Assembly (NCBI GenBank): GCA_045611685.1
Contig: JAZKXO010000079.1
Location: forward strand, 68,551-132,550
Reading direction: 5' to 3'
Length of the DNA: 64,000 nucleotides
From: Eubacteriales bacterium
GTDB taxonomy: Bacteria > Bacillota > Clostridia > Oscillospirales > CAG-272
The notes beneath the pieces are model-generated. The model was given only the letters and a program-made list of their open reading frames with translations, did not search any database and was not told where the DNA came from. How positions within the stretch are numbered: the first letter of the stretch is position 1; each line of letters starts with the position of its first letter. Positions 63,453 through 64,000 of the stretch are shown here, in pieces. The position numbers and the translations under genes are program-made.

Positions 63453-64000
63453 CAGTTCTTGAGGCTCTGCATCGGAGCGGGAATTCTGCCGCCGCGGTGA
63501 ATAAATTTCGCGGAACTCCGATCGTTATGGAGCGGCATTACGGGACCGCTTCCGAGAAGACCGCCGAAGGAAAGCTCCTCGCCGACGCCCTTGCCAATCG
63601 CGGGGATCACGCGGACAGCGGTCGTCTTAAAGTTGACCATACCGATTGCCGCTTCGTCCGCGATAATAGCCGAGATCGTCTCCGCGGTGGTATCGCCGGG
63701 GATGACGATCATATCAAGACCGACGGAGCAGACCGCGGTCATCGCTTCCAGCTTTTCGATCGACAGATCGCCGGAACGGGCAGCGTCGATCATACCGGCA
63801 TCCTCCGTAACGGGAATGAACGCACCGGACAGACCGCCCACGTGGGACGATGCCATCACGCCGCCTTTTTTGACCGCGTCATTGAGAAGTGCCAAAGCCG
63901 CCGTCGTGCCGTGCGTACCGCAGACCCCAAGGCCCATTTCCTCAAGGATGTGTGCCACGGAGTCGCCGACTGCGGGCGTGGGCGCGAGGGAGAGATCGAC
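63452..64000 (-). CDS. UPF0210/DUF711-family protein (PFL-like fold), C-terminal part; the gene continues beyond the window
   Basis: The segments ...[23 protein letters not shown]...[15 protein letters not shown]...[14 protein letters not shown] are typical of UPF0210 proteins, recalled from memory. Confidence 0.75.
   Translation of the reverse strand, partial: VDLSLAPTPAVGDSVAHILEEMGLGVCGTHGTTAALALLNDAVKKGGVMASSHVGGLSGAFIPVTEDAGMIDAARSGDLSIEKLEAMTAVCSVGLDMIVIPGDTTAETISAIIADEAAIGMVNFKTTAVRVIPAIGKGVGEELSFGGLLGSGPVMPLHNDRSSAKFIHRGGRIPAPMQSLKN

Noticed and set aside
1-64000. I searched for rRNA, tRNA, CRISPR arrays, IS elements, group II introns and toxin-antitoxin pairs.
   Set aside because: No intergenic gap is long enough or has cloverleaf or repeat-spacer structure. 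There are no transposase or reverse-transcriptase ORFs, and the only mobile-element gene seen is the serine recombinase at 2565-4124.

Overview
This 64-kb chromosomal window comes from an endospore-forming Bacillota, Clostridia-like by gene content: PolC, SpoIVA, SpoIIGA/pro-sigma-E, YqfC/YqfD and YlbJ are all present. I count about 60 CDS, most on the minus strand, and see no rRNA, tRNA or CRISPR.

Most of the window is conserved housekeeping synteny:
- prs-argS-yebC
- mutS2, then recO-era-ybeY-phoH-yqfD-yqfC
- secA
- polC-ispG-rseP-dxr-cdsA-uppS-frr-pyrH-tsf-rpsB
- dgt-dnaG-rpoD
- hflX-yigZ, rpmE, spoIIGA-sigE
- an amino-acid ABC transporter

The most interesting locus is at the left edge (1-4347). 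A large serine recombinase gene ends within a few nucleotides of an orphan 3' fragment of a cotJC/Mn-catalase-family spore-coat gene. This is the architecture of a skin/SPbeta-like sporulation-gene intervening element, and its other end lies outside the window. A 47-codon ORF is translationally coupled to the recombinase and is a candidate directionality factor.

Secondary points of interest:
- a membrane-anchored MerR-family regulator with a textbook 19-bp-spacer palindromic promoter
- two uncharacterised polytopic membrane proteins translationally coupled to secA
- a DUF1700-like/DUF4097-like/TSCPD trio with no PadR gene
- a RadC/JAB-like protein lacking the catalytic motif
- prfB without the programmed frameshift
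- an orphan solute-binding lipoprotein between rpoD and rpsB

All protein family calls come from motif and sequence recognition by eye. No database search was run.
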